From a virus: 64,000 nucleotides of DNA. The notes below the pieces were generated by a model. The model was not told where the DNA came from, searched no databases, and saw only the letters and a program-made list of their open reading frames with translations. Of this stretch, positions 28,301 through 40,900 are shown one piece after another (within the stretch, counting starts at the first letter, position 1; every line of letters starts with the position of its first letter). A program made the position numbers and the translations under genes. The DNA is taken from the IMG/VR virus record IMGVR_UViG_3300031695_000001; one strand, given 5' to 3'.

Positions 28301-28928
28301 GTTGTATAGAAGTTATGGCGCAGAACTAGATAAAATTAAATCAATTAGTGACGAAGTTATATATCATCCAGTAAAGTATAAAATACTATTTGGATCATCA
28401 GCGGAGACTGGGTTGCAAGCAACATTTAAAATTGTAAAGAATATTGAAACTGTTACTAATGATAATGAAATAAAATCAAACGTAGTTAGTGCAATAAATG
28501 AATATTTTAGTTTAGACAATTGGGAGTTTGGAGAGTCGTTTTACTTCTCGGAACTTTCAACATACGTAATGAATCAACTTGCACCAACTATTAGTTCTAT
28601 AGTAATTGTACCAGATGAAGATTCACAAGCATTTGGATCATTGTTTGAGATTAAATCAGAATCAGATGAAATTTTTATAAGCGGCGCAACAGTAGCAAAC
28701 ATAGAAATAATAGATAGCATTACAGCAACTAGATTAAAAGCATCCGGCACTGTTATTACAGCAAGTGTTGAAGTTGCAAATACTGGAATACAAAGTTCTA
28801 GTACAGCATATACATCGACAATAAACACCGGAACAGCAAGTTCTAGTTCAAGTTCGTCGAGTTCAAGTTCATCAAGTTCTAGTTCATCAAGTTCTAGTTC
28901 AAGCTCAAGTGGAGGCTACGGCTACTAA
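25371..28928 (+). CDS. gp6: Baseplate wedge subunit, gp6-like
   Basis: DF.SYDFD.LR, FNDYIESSE, ARENFL..A.RRESV..LA..L.Y, F.DG.FG and QNRMVTAEDY motifs; TAAATA at 25341-25346. Confidence 0.88.
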   Translation: MSTTDRQNRLLVAENWKRIYQSFRNADFQSYDFDNLRRTMISYLRTNYPEDFNDYIESSEYLALIDLIAFLGQNISFRMDLNARENFLELAERRESVLRLARMLSYNPKRNQAATGMLKVTSVSTTEEVIDTNNFNLANQSIQWNDPTNTDWYEQFIKVMNSALPANGTFGRPIKKEKVDGVPHQQYRFNAVNTDIPTYGFNKSVQGKNVSFEVVSSDINSATKNVEEEIPLTANSFAYLYKDDSRGPASSNTGFFCMFKQGTLDSGQFIVNNPTTNQVIDIDATNINNSDVWLYKLDENGQESEIWTKVDAIEGNNVIYNSVSKKIRSVYSVLTRVSDRISLVFSDGTFGELPKGVFKVFYRTSNNQSYVIKPNDMTGIQVRVPYLSRSNTVETITLNLELKYTVANSAPSESTESIKQNAPSTYYTQNRMVTAEDYNVAPLGISQDIIKVKSVNRFASGISRYYDLLDATGKYSSTNLYANDGIVYKEDLVNKDSFAYVTQTDIESAITNKIEPILKDRRVLNYYLTNFTKIITSDLKAEWVQVTTDTNRGTGNLIDESSASYKVGTYTANNLRLLEAGSLLKFEAPTGYHFMVGDKTTLMAGSATHAGSLSYKWVKVISVNGDGTKTTTAGLGAITLNDSIPTTALLTEIRPKLTTVITPAVKTQIIDQAFANNTFGLRYDVATRQWRIITEVNLNTNSAFSTGKTGDVSSQNLDASWLLWFKTDGEKYNITYRAMRYVYESDEEIKFYYDSSDKIYDNKTGKIIKDKIEVLSINTQPDLTLPFTSDYNFEITKEYRDAEGYVDSKKIEVSFFDADDDGVVDNPGSFLDIVNETVAPTTKYIFQKKYTTSDGVEDFKYVTATSQNITVLTSESAIGAYSSYDASTVFFAVDTGLFKKLSTDKLSISQVSNFKAFIGRASLKFRYVHAADNNKRIDPSSTNLIDTFLLTRLYDTTYRQWLNGDVIAQPLPPSSDQLYRSYGAELDKIKSISDEVIYHPVKYKILFGSSAETGLQATFKIVKNIETVTNDNEIKSNVVSAINEYFSLDNWEFGESFYFSELSTYVMNQLAPTISSIVIVPDEDSQAFGSLFEIKSESDEIFISGATVANIEIIDSITATRLKASGTVITASVEVANTGIQSSSTAYTSTINTGTASSSSSSSSSSSSSSSSSSSSSSSSGGYGY
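28838..28911 (+). repeat. Poly-serine coding tract at the gp6 C-terminus
   Basis: About 24 consecutive Ser codons mixing AGT/TCN, then GGYGY. Confidence 0.9.
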
Positions 28929-31900
28929 TGGCATATAATAACGACCAAAATGAATATCCACTTCCAGTTAATGGCAAATCTAACAGGAAGTCTGCAGAGT
29001 TACTACCAAGGTATTTTCGAACTGAAGCTAACACTAAGTTTTTAAATGCTACATTAGATCAACTTACAAAGCCCGGTACTGCAAAAAAATTAAATGGATA
29101 TTTTGGAAGAAAAACAGCTAATGCTTATACTCCAAATGACTTGTACATTGGTGATATTTCTTCTCAAAGAGAAACACATCAATTAGAACCTGCACTTGTA
29201 TCTAAAGATATTCTTAATAATGTTTTATTTTATAAAGACTATAATGATTTTAGAAATCAATTAGATATATTAGGCGCAACAGTTTCAAACGAAAGTTTAC
29301 TAAACAGCCAAGAGTATTATGCATGGAACCCAAATTTAGATTGGGATAAACTTACTAACTTTAGAGAGTATTATTGGTTACCATCTGGTCCTGCACCTAT
29401 TAGTATATTTGGTCAAAATGATGATGTAACAAGTACTTACACAGTAACAAGTGTAGACAATGCAGGAAACAAAGGATATGTGTTTAACGGAAATCTAACA
29501 CAAAATCCTACATTAGAATTATACAGAGGCCAAACATACATGTTTGATGTTTCTGCTCCAGGACTGCCATTTACTATTAGAACTTCACGACAAATTGAAA
29601 GTGACAATGAGTATGCAATTGGTATTACAAATTCAGGAACAGATTTAGGAACAGTTGAATTTACTGTACCTCTAAATGCGCCTGAGAGATTGTACTATGT
29701 ATCAGAAACTGATGTTAACACAGGCGGGACACTTAGAATTGCAGACATTGAGTCTAACACATCGATAGATGTTGTTAGCGACATACTAGGCAAAAAAACA
29801 TACACTACAGCAAATGGATTTTCGTTAATGAACGGAATGAAATTAAAGTTTGAAGGAACTGTTATTCCGAAAAAGTATGCAACTAATACATGGTATGTTG
29901 AAGGTGTTGGTGATAAGATTGTATTAATAAAAGATAGTGATCTTGTAATTTCACAAGCGTACTCAGCAGACGTAGAAGTATTGTTTGATGCAAATGACTT
30001 TGACAATTTACCGTATAGTACTGCAAGTTCTTATGCGGCAACTAAAGATTATATTGTAATTAATAGAGCTTCTTCAGATAAAAATGCTTGGTCGAGAAAT
30101 AACAGATGGTTCCATAAATCAGTACTTGAAAAAACTGCTGAATTAAACGGCGAAGTATTTGATATTGATCAAAGTGCAAGAGCAAAACGACCTGTTATTG
30201 AATTTATTGCAGGGTTAAAATTGTTTGAGTTTGGTACTGAAGCAAAAACTGAAAATGTAAACTTAGTTGACACGTTTACAAAAGATGCATTTTCAACAAT
30301 TAGCGGAGCAGACGGTTATAGCATTGACGGTGTTGATGTTACCGACGGTATGCGTATTTTGTTCACAGCAGATACTGATCTACTTGTAAACAATAACATT
30401 TATAAAGTAAAGTTTATTAAACATAACTCTACAGTTGCTCAAATTGCACTAGTTGACGAAACAGATACTACACCAATTAATAATCAAGTAGTGTTAATTA
30501 CACAAGGTACTAATGCAGGTAAACAGTATTACTATAATGGAACTTCTTGGAAGTTAGCACAGTACAAGTCAAGTACAAACCAACAACCGTTGTTTGAATT
30601 GTTTGACGATTATGGTATTAGTTACAGCAATGCTACAACTTATCCGGTAAGTAATTTTGCTGGTAATAAGATTTTTAGTTATAAGGTTGGCACAGGGAAA
30701 AATGATGTTGAATTAGGCTTTCCTATAACATACAGAGCACTTGAAAATGTTGGCGATATTACGTTTGACTTTAACCTAGCATCGGAAAAGTTTAGTTATC
30801 AACTTGATAATGTTCCTTATAATAAAACTACTGAAATTGGATTCTGTAAAACATATACTGATATTGATAGCTTTACATACTGCAACGGCTGGACAAAGGC
30901 CAAAACTAATACAGTGCAAAAAGTTATTAGACAGTACGATGTTACTACTGTAACAACAGACTTTGCTATTGATACTTATAATAATAGTGGATCATTAACT
31001 GATTTAACTTGCGCAGTACAAGTAAATAGTGCTTGGAGATTTGATTATACATTAGTTGATGTTAACGGAGTTATGACTGTTAGATTTACAACAGCAATTC
31101 CTGCAAAAAGCAGTGTAATAATTAAAACTAATAGTGACACAATTAAAAATGCAAATGGATATTACGAATTTCCACATGCAATGGAAAAGAATCCACAAAA
31201 CGACAAACTTACTTCGTTTACATTAGGCGAAGTTAACGATCATGTATTTTCGATGATTGAAGACATGCCTGGCTTTACAGGTATATTTCCTGGACCAAGC
31301 AATCTTAGTAACTTAGGAAATGTAAATTCTTATGGTAAGAAGTTTTTACAATATGCAGGCTCGTCGAATATTAGTACATACCATGTAACAGATAGAGATG
31401 CAAATATAATTAAGGCTATTGATCATTCTAGACGCGAATATAGAAAGTTTAAAAGATCATTTATGCAAGCGGCTGACACGTTAGGGTATGATGGCCCGAC
31501 TAAGCAACACGTTGACTTAGTATTAAAGAGTGTTAATAAAGATAAAACTAATACTCACCCTTATCACTTTAGTGACATGATTCCGTTTGAAGGATCTAAG
31601 CGTTTAGAATTTACAGTGTACGATATAGAAAATACTTTCTTCTCGCTGAGCGAAACGTTTAGTTTAGCAACACTTTCATCTAAGGCAGTATTAGTATATC
31701 AAAATGGTATTCAGCTAATACACAATAAAGATTATACATTTAATACAGATGGATTTGTTGTTATATCTGCAACTAAAGTCAAAGATGATTTAATTGAAAT
31801 ATACGAATTTGGAAATACTGATGGGAGTTATGTACCACCAACTCCTAGTAAGTTAGGATTGTATCCAGTATTTTATCCTGCAATAATTAACGATAATACC

Positions 31901-34900
31901 TACTTAACAACTACTAAAGTAATCCAAGGACACGACGGTAGCAAGACTGTAGCATACGATGATTATAGAGATGAGTTATTATTAGAACTTGAAAAGCGAA
32001 TTTATAATAACATTAAAGTAAAATATGATACTACTAGATTAGATGTAAACGATTTTATTCCAGGAATAGATAGAGATACAAAGTTTACTAAAACACAAGT
32101 TGATGCAGGAATGATGCGCGACTTTGTACAGTGGACTGAAAGTTTAGGTGATGTTAATTATACTGATAGCAGTAGTTTTTACACTAGAGATAATAGCTTT
32201 ACTTGGAACTACTCTAACATGGCATCGTGGGACGGAAAAGCGATTACTGGTTTTTGGAGATCCGTTTATAAACAAGCATTTGATACAGATCGTCCACATA
32301 CCCATCCTTGGGAAATGTTAGGCTTTACAATAATGCCTACATGGTGGGAAACAACATATGGTCCTGCACCATATACAAGCGACAACTTAGTATTATGGGA
32401 AGATTTACAAGAAGGTAGAGTTAAAGCTACAGGTGTTCCTATAGAAATCATTACCAAATATAAAAGATCTAAATTATTAACACACATTCCGGTAGATGAG
32501 TTTGGCGATCTATTAAGTCCTCAATCAGCAGGATTTACTTCAGGATTTGTTTCTGAAAATATAGACGCATCATTTAAATTCGGTGACGAAGCTCCGGCTG
32601 AAACAGCATGGAGACGAAGTGGTGAATATCCATTTAGTTTAATTAAGTCATGGATATTAAATCAGCCTAATAAAGTAATTGGGTTAGGCTTTGACACATC
32701 AAGAATGAAAAAGTCGTTGTCTGGACAATGGATTTACACAGCATCAAACAAAGCAATAACTCCTACAGATATAGTTTATCCGAATATAATAACCGATCCA
32801 GCAGAAGTATTAACAAGTGGATTAATTAACTATGTTATTGAATACTTAACTTCAGAAGCAACAACTGATGTTGCAAGTTATAAAGAACAATTTAAATTAG
32901 TAAAAAATCAATTAGGAATTAAATTAGGTTCTTTTACTGATAAAGAAAAATTAAAATTTATTTTAGATAGCAGAACTCCGTTTAATAAAGGTAACGTATT
33001 TCTTCCTAAGGAGAATTACAATATATTCCTTAACACAAGTTCTCCATTAACTGTTGCTTCTTACAGCGGCGTAATGATTGAGTTAGCACCGTCTGGGTAT
33101 ATTGTCCGAGGTTACAACAGTACTAATCCTGTATTTACATATCTTGATCCTAGGTCAACTAGTACAGATCCAAATATTAATGTTGGAGGAGTATCAGAAA
33201 CATACCTTGAATGGACTGGAGGACAACGCTACGTAGTTGGAAGCAATGTACAGTATAATAATGTATTCTTTAGAGTAAAAACAAATCATACAAGTACTGA
33301 ATCTTTTGAATCTGCAAACTTCCAAAAACTTGCTGAACTACCAATGGTGGGAGGAGCAACTGCAACGTATAGAAAAGCATTTACAACTGACAAAATTGAT
33401 GTTCCTTACGGTACATTATTTAAAACAGTTCAAGAGGTAGTAGACTTTATATTAGGTTACGGTGCTTACTTAGAATCACAAGGATTTACATTTAATTATT
33501 ATAATCCAGAATCACAAGTTGTTGAAGATTGGAAATTAAGTACTAAAGAGTTTTTATATTTTACTACACAAAATTGGACAGCTGGCACAGTATTGTCAGT
33601 AAGTCCGTCAGCAACTAAGTTAGAATTTAAAGCATCGTATACTACCACTGACGACTTATATAATAGCTTTTATAATTACAGCATTTTAAATGCTAATGGC
33701 GAGAAAATATCTGAAAACCTTACTAGACTGAATAGAGAAGACAGTGTTTTCCAAATGCAGTTAAAAGATTCATCAGAAGGAATATACCATGTTATATTAC
33801 CTCAAGTACAAGTTGAGCACGTTGCTGTATTAGATAATATTTCAGATTTTAAAGATGTAATATATAGTCCTGCCACTGGTTACCGACAAGAACGTATTAA
33901 AGTATTAGGATATGTAGCCGCAGGTTGGGACGGAAGTTTAAACATTCCAGGATTTGTGTTTGACCAAGCTGAAGTTACAGAATGGGCATCTTGGAAAGAT
34001 TATGCAATTGGCGATGTTGTAAAGTATAAAGAATTTTACTATAGCGCATTAATTGAAGCAGTTGGTACTGAAACTTTTGTTGCACTTAGTTGGGCAAGAC
34101 TAGAAAGCAAGCCTACTCCGAAGTTAATGCCAAACCTTGATTATAGAGTTAATCAGTTTGCTGATTTTTATGACCTTGATTCGGACAATTTTGATGCTGA
34201 ACAGCAGAAGATGGCACAGCATTTAACAGGTTATCAAAAGCGTCAATACTTAGAAAATATTATTAATGACGATGTTAGTCAGTATAAGTTCTATCAAGGT
34301 ATGATAGCTGACAAAGGTACACGTAATGCTATTGACAAGTTATTTGATAGTTTAGCAAGTGCTGACAAAGATAGCATAGACTTTTACGAAGAATGGGCAA
34401 TTAAATCAGCACAGTACGGCGCTAGTACAGGCTTTGAAGAAATTGAATATCAGTTAGATGAATCTAAGTTTAGATTAGAACCACAGCCTATTGAGTTAGT
34501 TAACGTTGTTCCAACAGCAACAACTGATTTAGTTTATAGAGTACCGCATCATGATGTATTCTTAAAGCCAGCAAACTATGAAACTACTAGGCTTCCTACA
34601 AAATATTTAAATAAAGAATATATAAAAACAGTTGGATATGTTACAAGCGATGATGTTGATAGAGCAGTAACAACTAAAGCCGGAATATTAAACTTTGCTA
34701 CAACAGACATAGACAAAGGTGCGTATGTTTGGGTATCAACTGATAACCAGTCATGGGACGTATTGAAGCATTTTAATAGTAACCTTGTAGTAAACACAAT
34801 TACACAAGAAGCAACTACTATAACGTTAAATTGTGACAAAACTGTTGACGTAGCTATTGGTGATATTATTGGATTATATAATGTAGATCAAATTGTTGGA

Positions 34901-37900
34901 ACTGATACCGTAGCAACAGCAGTTGAAGCATTTTATACAGTAACAGATGTTTACAATAATAAAATCGAATTTGTTTCTGACAATAATGATTGGGAAAAGA
35001 TTGGAACGTTAACTAATGTAAATGGAATAATTACAAAGTTTACTTCACAAAGAGTTGCTACTTTAGCAACAGCAAATGATTTAAGTACTAAGAACTTACA
35101 GTCATTAGAAATTATTTGGGTAGACGATGACGACAGCGGTAAGTGGAGAGTAATTAAGAACACTCCAGTTTATTCTCAAGCACAAACTATTAAGAGTTCA
35201 CTATCGTTAGATAGTACGCAACATAACTTCGGACATAGTATTGCTGTAAACGACTCTAATACACTTTTAGCAGTTGGTATTCCTAACAAAGGAAACGGCG
35301 AAGTACATATATTCAAGCGTAGCAGTGATGCAAACAATCTTGTATTTGATCAAACAATTAGTGCTCCTATAACTTATGTAGATGTAGGCACATCACAGCA
35401 ATTTGGCGAAAGCGTTTCGTTTAGTCCAGACGGCAAGTATTTAATTATTGGATCACCGTATGCAAGTAACGTAAAGACTGCATATAAAGGAACATATGTT
35501 CCTGGTAATAACTATAATAAAAATGACATTATTAAATCAGGTCCAAACTTATTTAAAGCAGTATCGGTTATTGACGGAGCAGTTGATGCAATACCGTATA
35601 CTACTTTTAATTCGTATCCTGACTTAGTTTCCGAAACAGATAGCACATTACTTAATTTACTACAAACAGGCAACTATAAACTTAATAGTAAAACTAATAC
35701 CACACACTTGCTAGTTAGAGGCCCTAAAGAAGCATACGAAGGGTCGAAAGTAGGCGACAGCATTGTGCTAAAATGGAATAGCAACAGTAACATAAACACA
35801 CAAGGTTATGATGTTGCTGTTGAGCCATTTGACGGTCAATTTACTCCAATAACTGGTGCATTCTTAACAGATACACATGCTATTACAGCTAAGGTTGAAA
35901 ACGTATTGCATATTGCAAACTTCCAAAACTTACCTGGCGTTGGACAAACAGTAAACAGTGCAGTAGCAAGTGGTATAGTTGCTTATGTAGGCGACAGTGA
36001 CGGAGCCGCAATAGTTTATGTGTCGAATGTTAACGGATCGTTTGCTTCAACAGGACAGTTGTCAATTGGTTCTATTGCAGTTGGTGATTATACTGAAGAT
36101 TATGTAGACCCTACAGCAGAAGTAGGTGGTTATTGGATGATAACTACTCCTGCATACGAAACAGCGGCAGATAGTTCAAACATATTTACTGATCCAGGAA
36201 ACGGGTTAGTGTATCAAGACATTATTAAAGAAGGCTCAGGAAGATCACCTAACTATTATTACAATATTCAAGATAACATAACAGCTATTGGTGTAAAAGC
36301 ATCGTTAAACGACCAAGTGTCGTTTATTGAGAGCTTTACTTATGAAGGCGATCCAAATGAAGTATTTGCTGTACAGAATTCTACTAAGTGGGCAATAAGA
36401 GTTCCTAAAGTATTATCGGATACATTGTCAAATACTGATCAGTTCTATCTTTTCTTAGATAACCACAGCGGAGTAGTTGATCTTACAAACACTGCATTTA
36501 CCTTTGGTATTACAAACAAGCAACATACAATTTATGATATGTGGGATGGATATATTGACTTTGTGTTTGATAACTTTAGTACAATAAACCAATTACCGTT
36601 TGAGCCAGCAGTAGGCGACACTGTACGTGATGCATCAAGTGGAGCAACAGCAGAAGTTGTATTTTATAAAAGAGAATTTAATGACATAAGAATTTATGTT
36701 AAAAATGTTACAGGTACATGGAGCCTTGGAGATAATTGGGGTCAAACTGCTGATATCATTAGATCAGGATCGCCAGACAGAACAATGGGCGAAATTAAAG
36801 CAACTTCGTTAGGTTCGGCAGTAGTTGGTAAGATACTAGTTATTAACGAATCAACTAACTTTGCTAATGTTGCAACTACTGAATTGCTTGACAAAGAGTA
36901 TTGGATTTACGATGAAATTACTCTACAAGGTATTGCAAGAGGCGCAAACGTACCTTCGAGTAATAACAATGATTGGACACAAGTTAATAATATTGTTGCA
37001 AGTAATGCTACAAATGCATCTGTAAGTGGACTGACAGAAGAAGGTATGATTTCTGTTTATGCACTCAACGAAGTTAACCAGTTTGACATTAACAGTTCTT
37101 ATGTAATGCCTGAAAGAGAAAACCATAAACACTTTGGCGATGAAATACAAATAACTCAAGTTGATAAATTGTATAAAGTTGCAGTTGCATCCGGCGGAAA
37201 TGACACACAGTCTAATCCAGGTAGTATACACTTTATTAAGCACGGTTCTTTTAACACAGTTGGAAGTACAGTTGAAACGTATAACTGGCAACTAGACGTT
37301 AATCCGTTATTTAGGGGAGTGTTTAATTCAACTACATTCTATAAAGTAGGCGAAATTGTTAATTATCTTGGTACAATGTATAGTGCAAACATAAACATTG
37401 CTAGTGGACTAGCATTTGTAGCAAGTAACTGGACCGCATTAACAGCAACAACGTCACACGTTGGTTACATTCCTAGTACACCGGAACAATTAGTAATTGG
37501 TGAAGGTATTTATACCCCAGAGGGCGGCATAAGAGACTTTGCTAGACGATTTGACCAAGATAAACTTGGACAAGTATTAATTACTAGTACAAAAATACAA
37601 GGTAATGATAGTACAGGATCAAGAGCAGTTAATGTATACAGACAAGTTAACGGACAGTTTACTTTATCTCAAACAATTGAAGCTCCGTACTTAGATGTAA
37701 GCACAGACACACTTACTGGGTATGCTGACACAATATCAATTAGTGCAGACGGCACTATGATTGCTATAGGCGAACCTTATAACAACTCTGTTGCAACTGC
37801 CCAAGGTAAAGTGTATCTTTATAAGTTAACAGGCGGAACATTTGTACTATCACAAACATTGTACAGCCATAACAACGAAGTAGCAGAACAATTTGGTAGT

Positions 37901-40900
37901 GCAGTTAGCTTTGACGGCAATCAACTAGCAGTAACGTCATTGCAAGGCGACATTGATACGCTAACAACATATGATACTGATACAACTTACTTTGATAATA
38001 AGTTTACTAACTTTAAAAATTCAATGATGGATAGTGGTGTTGTTTACGTTTATGAAAGAATTAATGAAACATTAGTATACGCTGAAGAGTTTATATTCGA
38101 TGATTATTCGTCGATGGCATTTGGTAAAAACTTATTAGTAAGTAACAACCACGTGTATGCAAGCATGCCTAGAATGACAGACTACAATACCTATCAAGGT
38201 ATGGTTGTTGATTATAGAAAAGTAATTGGTACAACTGCTTGGGTGACTCACAGAAGTCCATTAGATCAAGTTGATTTGTCTAATATAAAAAGTGCATTTT
38301 TGTATAACACTAAAACTAATACATTAATAGCAGACATTGATGTTATTGATCCTGTTCAGGGAAGAATTCCAGGTATAGCAGAACAAGAGTTAAGTTTTAA
38401 AACATATTATGATCCAGCATCTTTTAATATTGGTAATGATAGCGTAGTAGTTGACGCACTAGCAGGCTGGACAAAGCAAGCAGTGGGCAAACTGTGGTGG
38501 GATTTAAGTGCAGTTAAGTATTATAACTATTATCAAAATGATATTACTTACCAAACAAACTTTTGGGGAGAATTATTCCCAGGTACTTCTATAGACGTTT
38601 ACGAATGGGTAGAAACAGAATTTCTTCCAAGTGAATGGGATACAATTGCTGATACAGAAGAAGGAATTGCAACTGGAATAAGCGGATTAAGTAAATATGG
38701 CGACACTGCATACAGTGAAGCACTAGTATGGGACGAAGTATCAGCAACGTCTAGAAAAACATATTACTACTGGGTGTTAAATAAGAAGACAACTCCAAAT
38801 GTAGAGTCTAGGACAATGAGCGCACAGGCTGTACAAACACTTATTAAAGATCCAGCAGGATCAGGACACAAGTTTGTTGCACTGATGTCTAAAGATAGGT
38901 TTGCATTGTTTAATGTAGCCAACTCTATGATAGACACGGATGTTGCACTTAACATTCGTTATTGGACTACAGCTAATAAGAATCAAAACATACACAACGA
39001 ATATCAAATGATATCGCAAGGTGTTGCAAGTAGTAAGCCTAACAAAGATATTGAACGCAAATGGTTTGATAGTTTAATTGGTTACGATTCTAAAGACAGA
39101 ATTATACCTGATCCGGCATTAAGTGTAAAAACAAAATATGGAATTCAAGACAGACCAAGACAGGGTATGTTTGTAAACCGGGCTGAAGCATTAAAGCAAT
39201 TAATTGAAAGAACTAATGATATATTAGCAAAAACTATTATTGTTGATGAGTTTAATATTACTGATCTAGTAAAAAATGACCCAGTACCAAGTGCTAGTAC
39301 ACAACTTTATGATGCAGTAATTGATACTTATGAAGATATAGCATTTTTAGGAATTGCAAATAAAACAGTTCCGACACTTACGCCTACAGTAGTTGATGGA
39401 AAACTTACACAAATTTTAATTACTGCATCTGGTAGGGGATATATTGATTCTACTTATGTTAGCGGAACTAGAAAAGGTCCAAAGATTACTGTTACTGGTA
39501 TAGGTACTGGAGCAGAAGTTGAATGTACTTTAAATGAATTAGGACAAATTTCAACAGTTACTATTGTTAACGCAGGTAAAGGTTATGATAATTCTACAGT
39601 ACTTACAGTTAGAAACTTTACAGTACTAGTTAAGTCTGATATTAATGTTTCAAACAAATGGAGCATGTATCAGTTAGTTGCTGGTAAGTGGATAAGAAAT
39701 ATTAGTCAACGATTTGATACAAACTTATACTGGAACTACAAAGACTGGTACGCTACTGGATACAACTCCTTTACTTCTGTAGTTGATTTAATTACTGCAA
39801 GCTATCAGTTAGATGGAATAGTTAACGACATTGGCGATACTGTAAAAATTGAAAATGTTGGATCGGGTGGATGGTTATTACTAGAAAAAATTAAAAATGA
39901 AGTTGATGTTGATTATACTGTAAATTATAAAACAGTAGGAAAGCAAAATGCAACTATTGCGTTTACTGAGTCATTGTACAATGTAAACACAAGTAAAATT
40001 GGATTTGATAGCAACAACTATGATACAGTATTTTTTGATGCACAACCTGTTACTGAAACTAGAATAATACTTGAAACAATAAGAGATCATCTTTTTGTTG
40101 ACAACTTAGAAGTAGAATATAATAACTTATTCTTAGCTAGTGTTAGGTATGCATTTAGTGAACAGCCAAATATTGACTGGGCATTTAAATCAAGTTTTGT
40201 AAAAGCACAACACAATTTGGGTAAACTAGCACAAAGAGTTACATTTAAAAATGACAATTTAGAAAGTTACCAAACTTATATAAACGAAGTTAAGCCCTAC
40301 AAAACTAAAGTTAGAGAGTATGTAAGTTCTTATAATAATACAGACCTTACACAATCAATAATATCAGACTTTGATTTACCGCCGAAGTATAGTATTGCAG
40401 ACGGAAAAATTAAAGCTTCTAGCGCCAAGGCTTCAGACATTGCAGTGTACGGTGAAAGAGCTGTATCTTCATATCCGGACAAGCACTGGTTTGATAATGT
40501 TGGATATCAAATTACAAGTGTTGAAATTGGTAATAAAGGGTCTGCATATAACTTACCTCCAGTAATTAGATTTGAAGGAGGCGGTGGCACAGGTGCTACA
40601 GCAAAGGCATTCTTAAACAACGGCAAATTAAGCAAAATACAAGTATTAACTCCTGGTAGCGGGTACATTAGCGCACCAACTATTATAGTTGACGGCGGAT
40701 TAAGCAACACTGGAACAATTGGCAATGCAACTGCAATTTTAGGTAATGGTGTAGTTAGAGGTACTAAAGTTTCGTTTAAATTCGATAGGGTAAGCGGACT
40801 ACCTTACATTACTACATTAGCTACAACAGAAACATTTGTTGGAACTGGCAGTAAATTTAACTTTGATCTAAAATGGCCAATGGATAGAAAAACAACAAGC

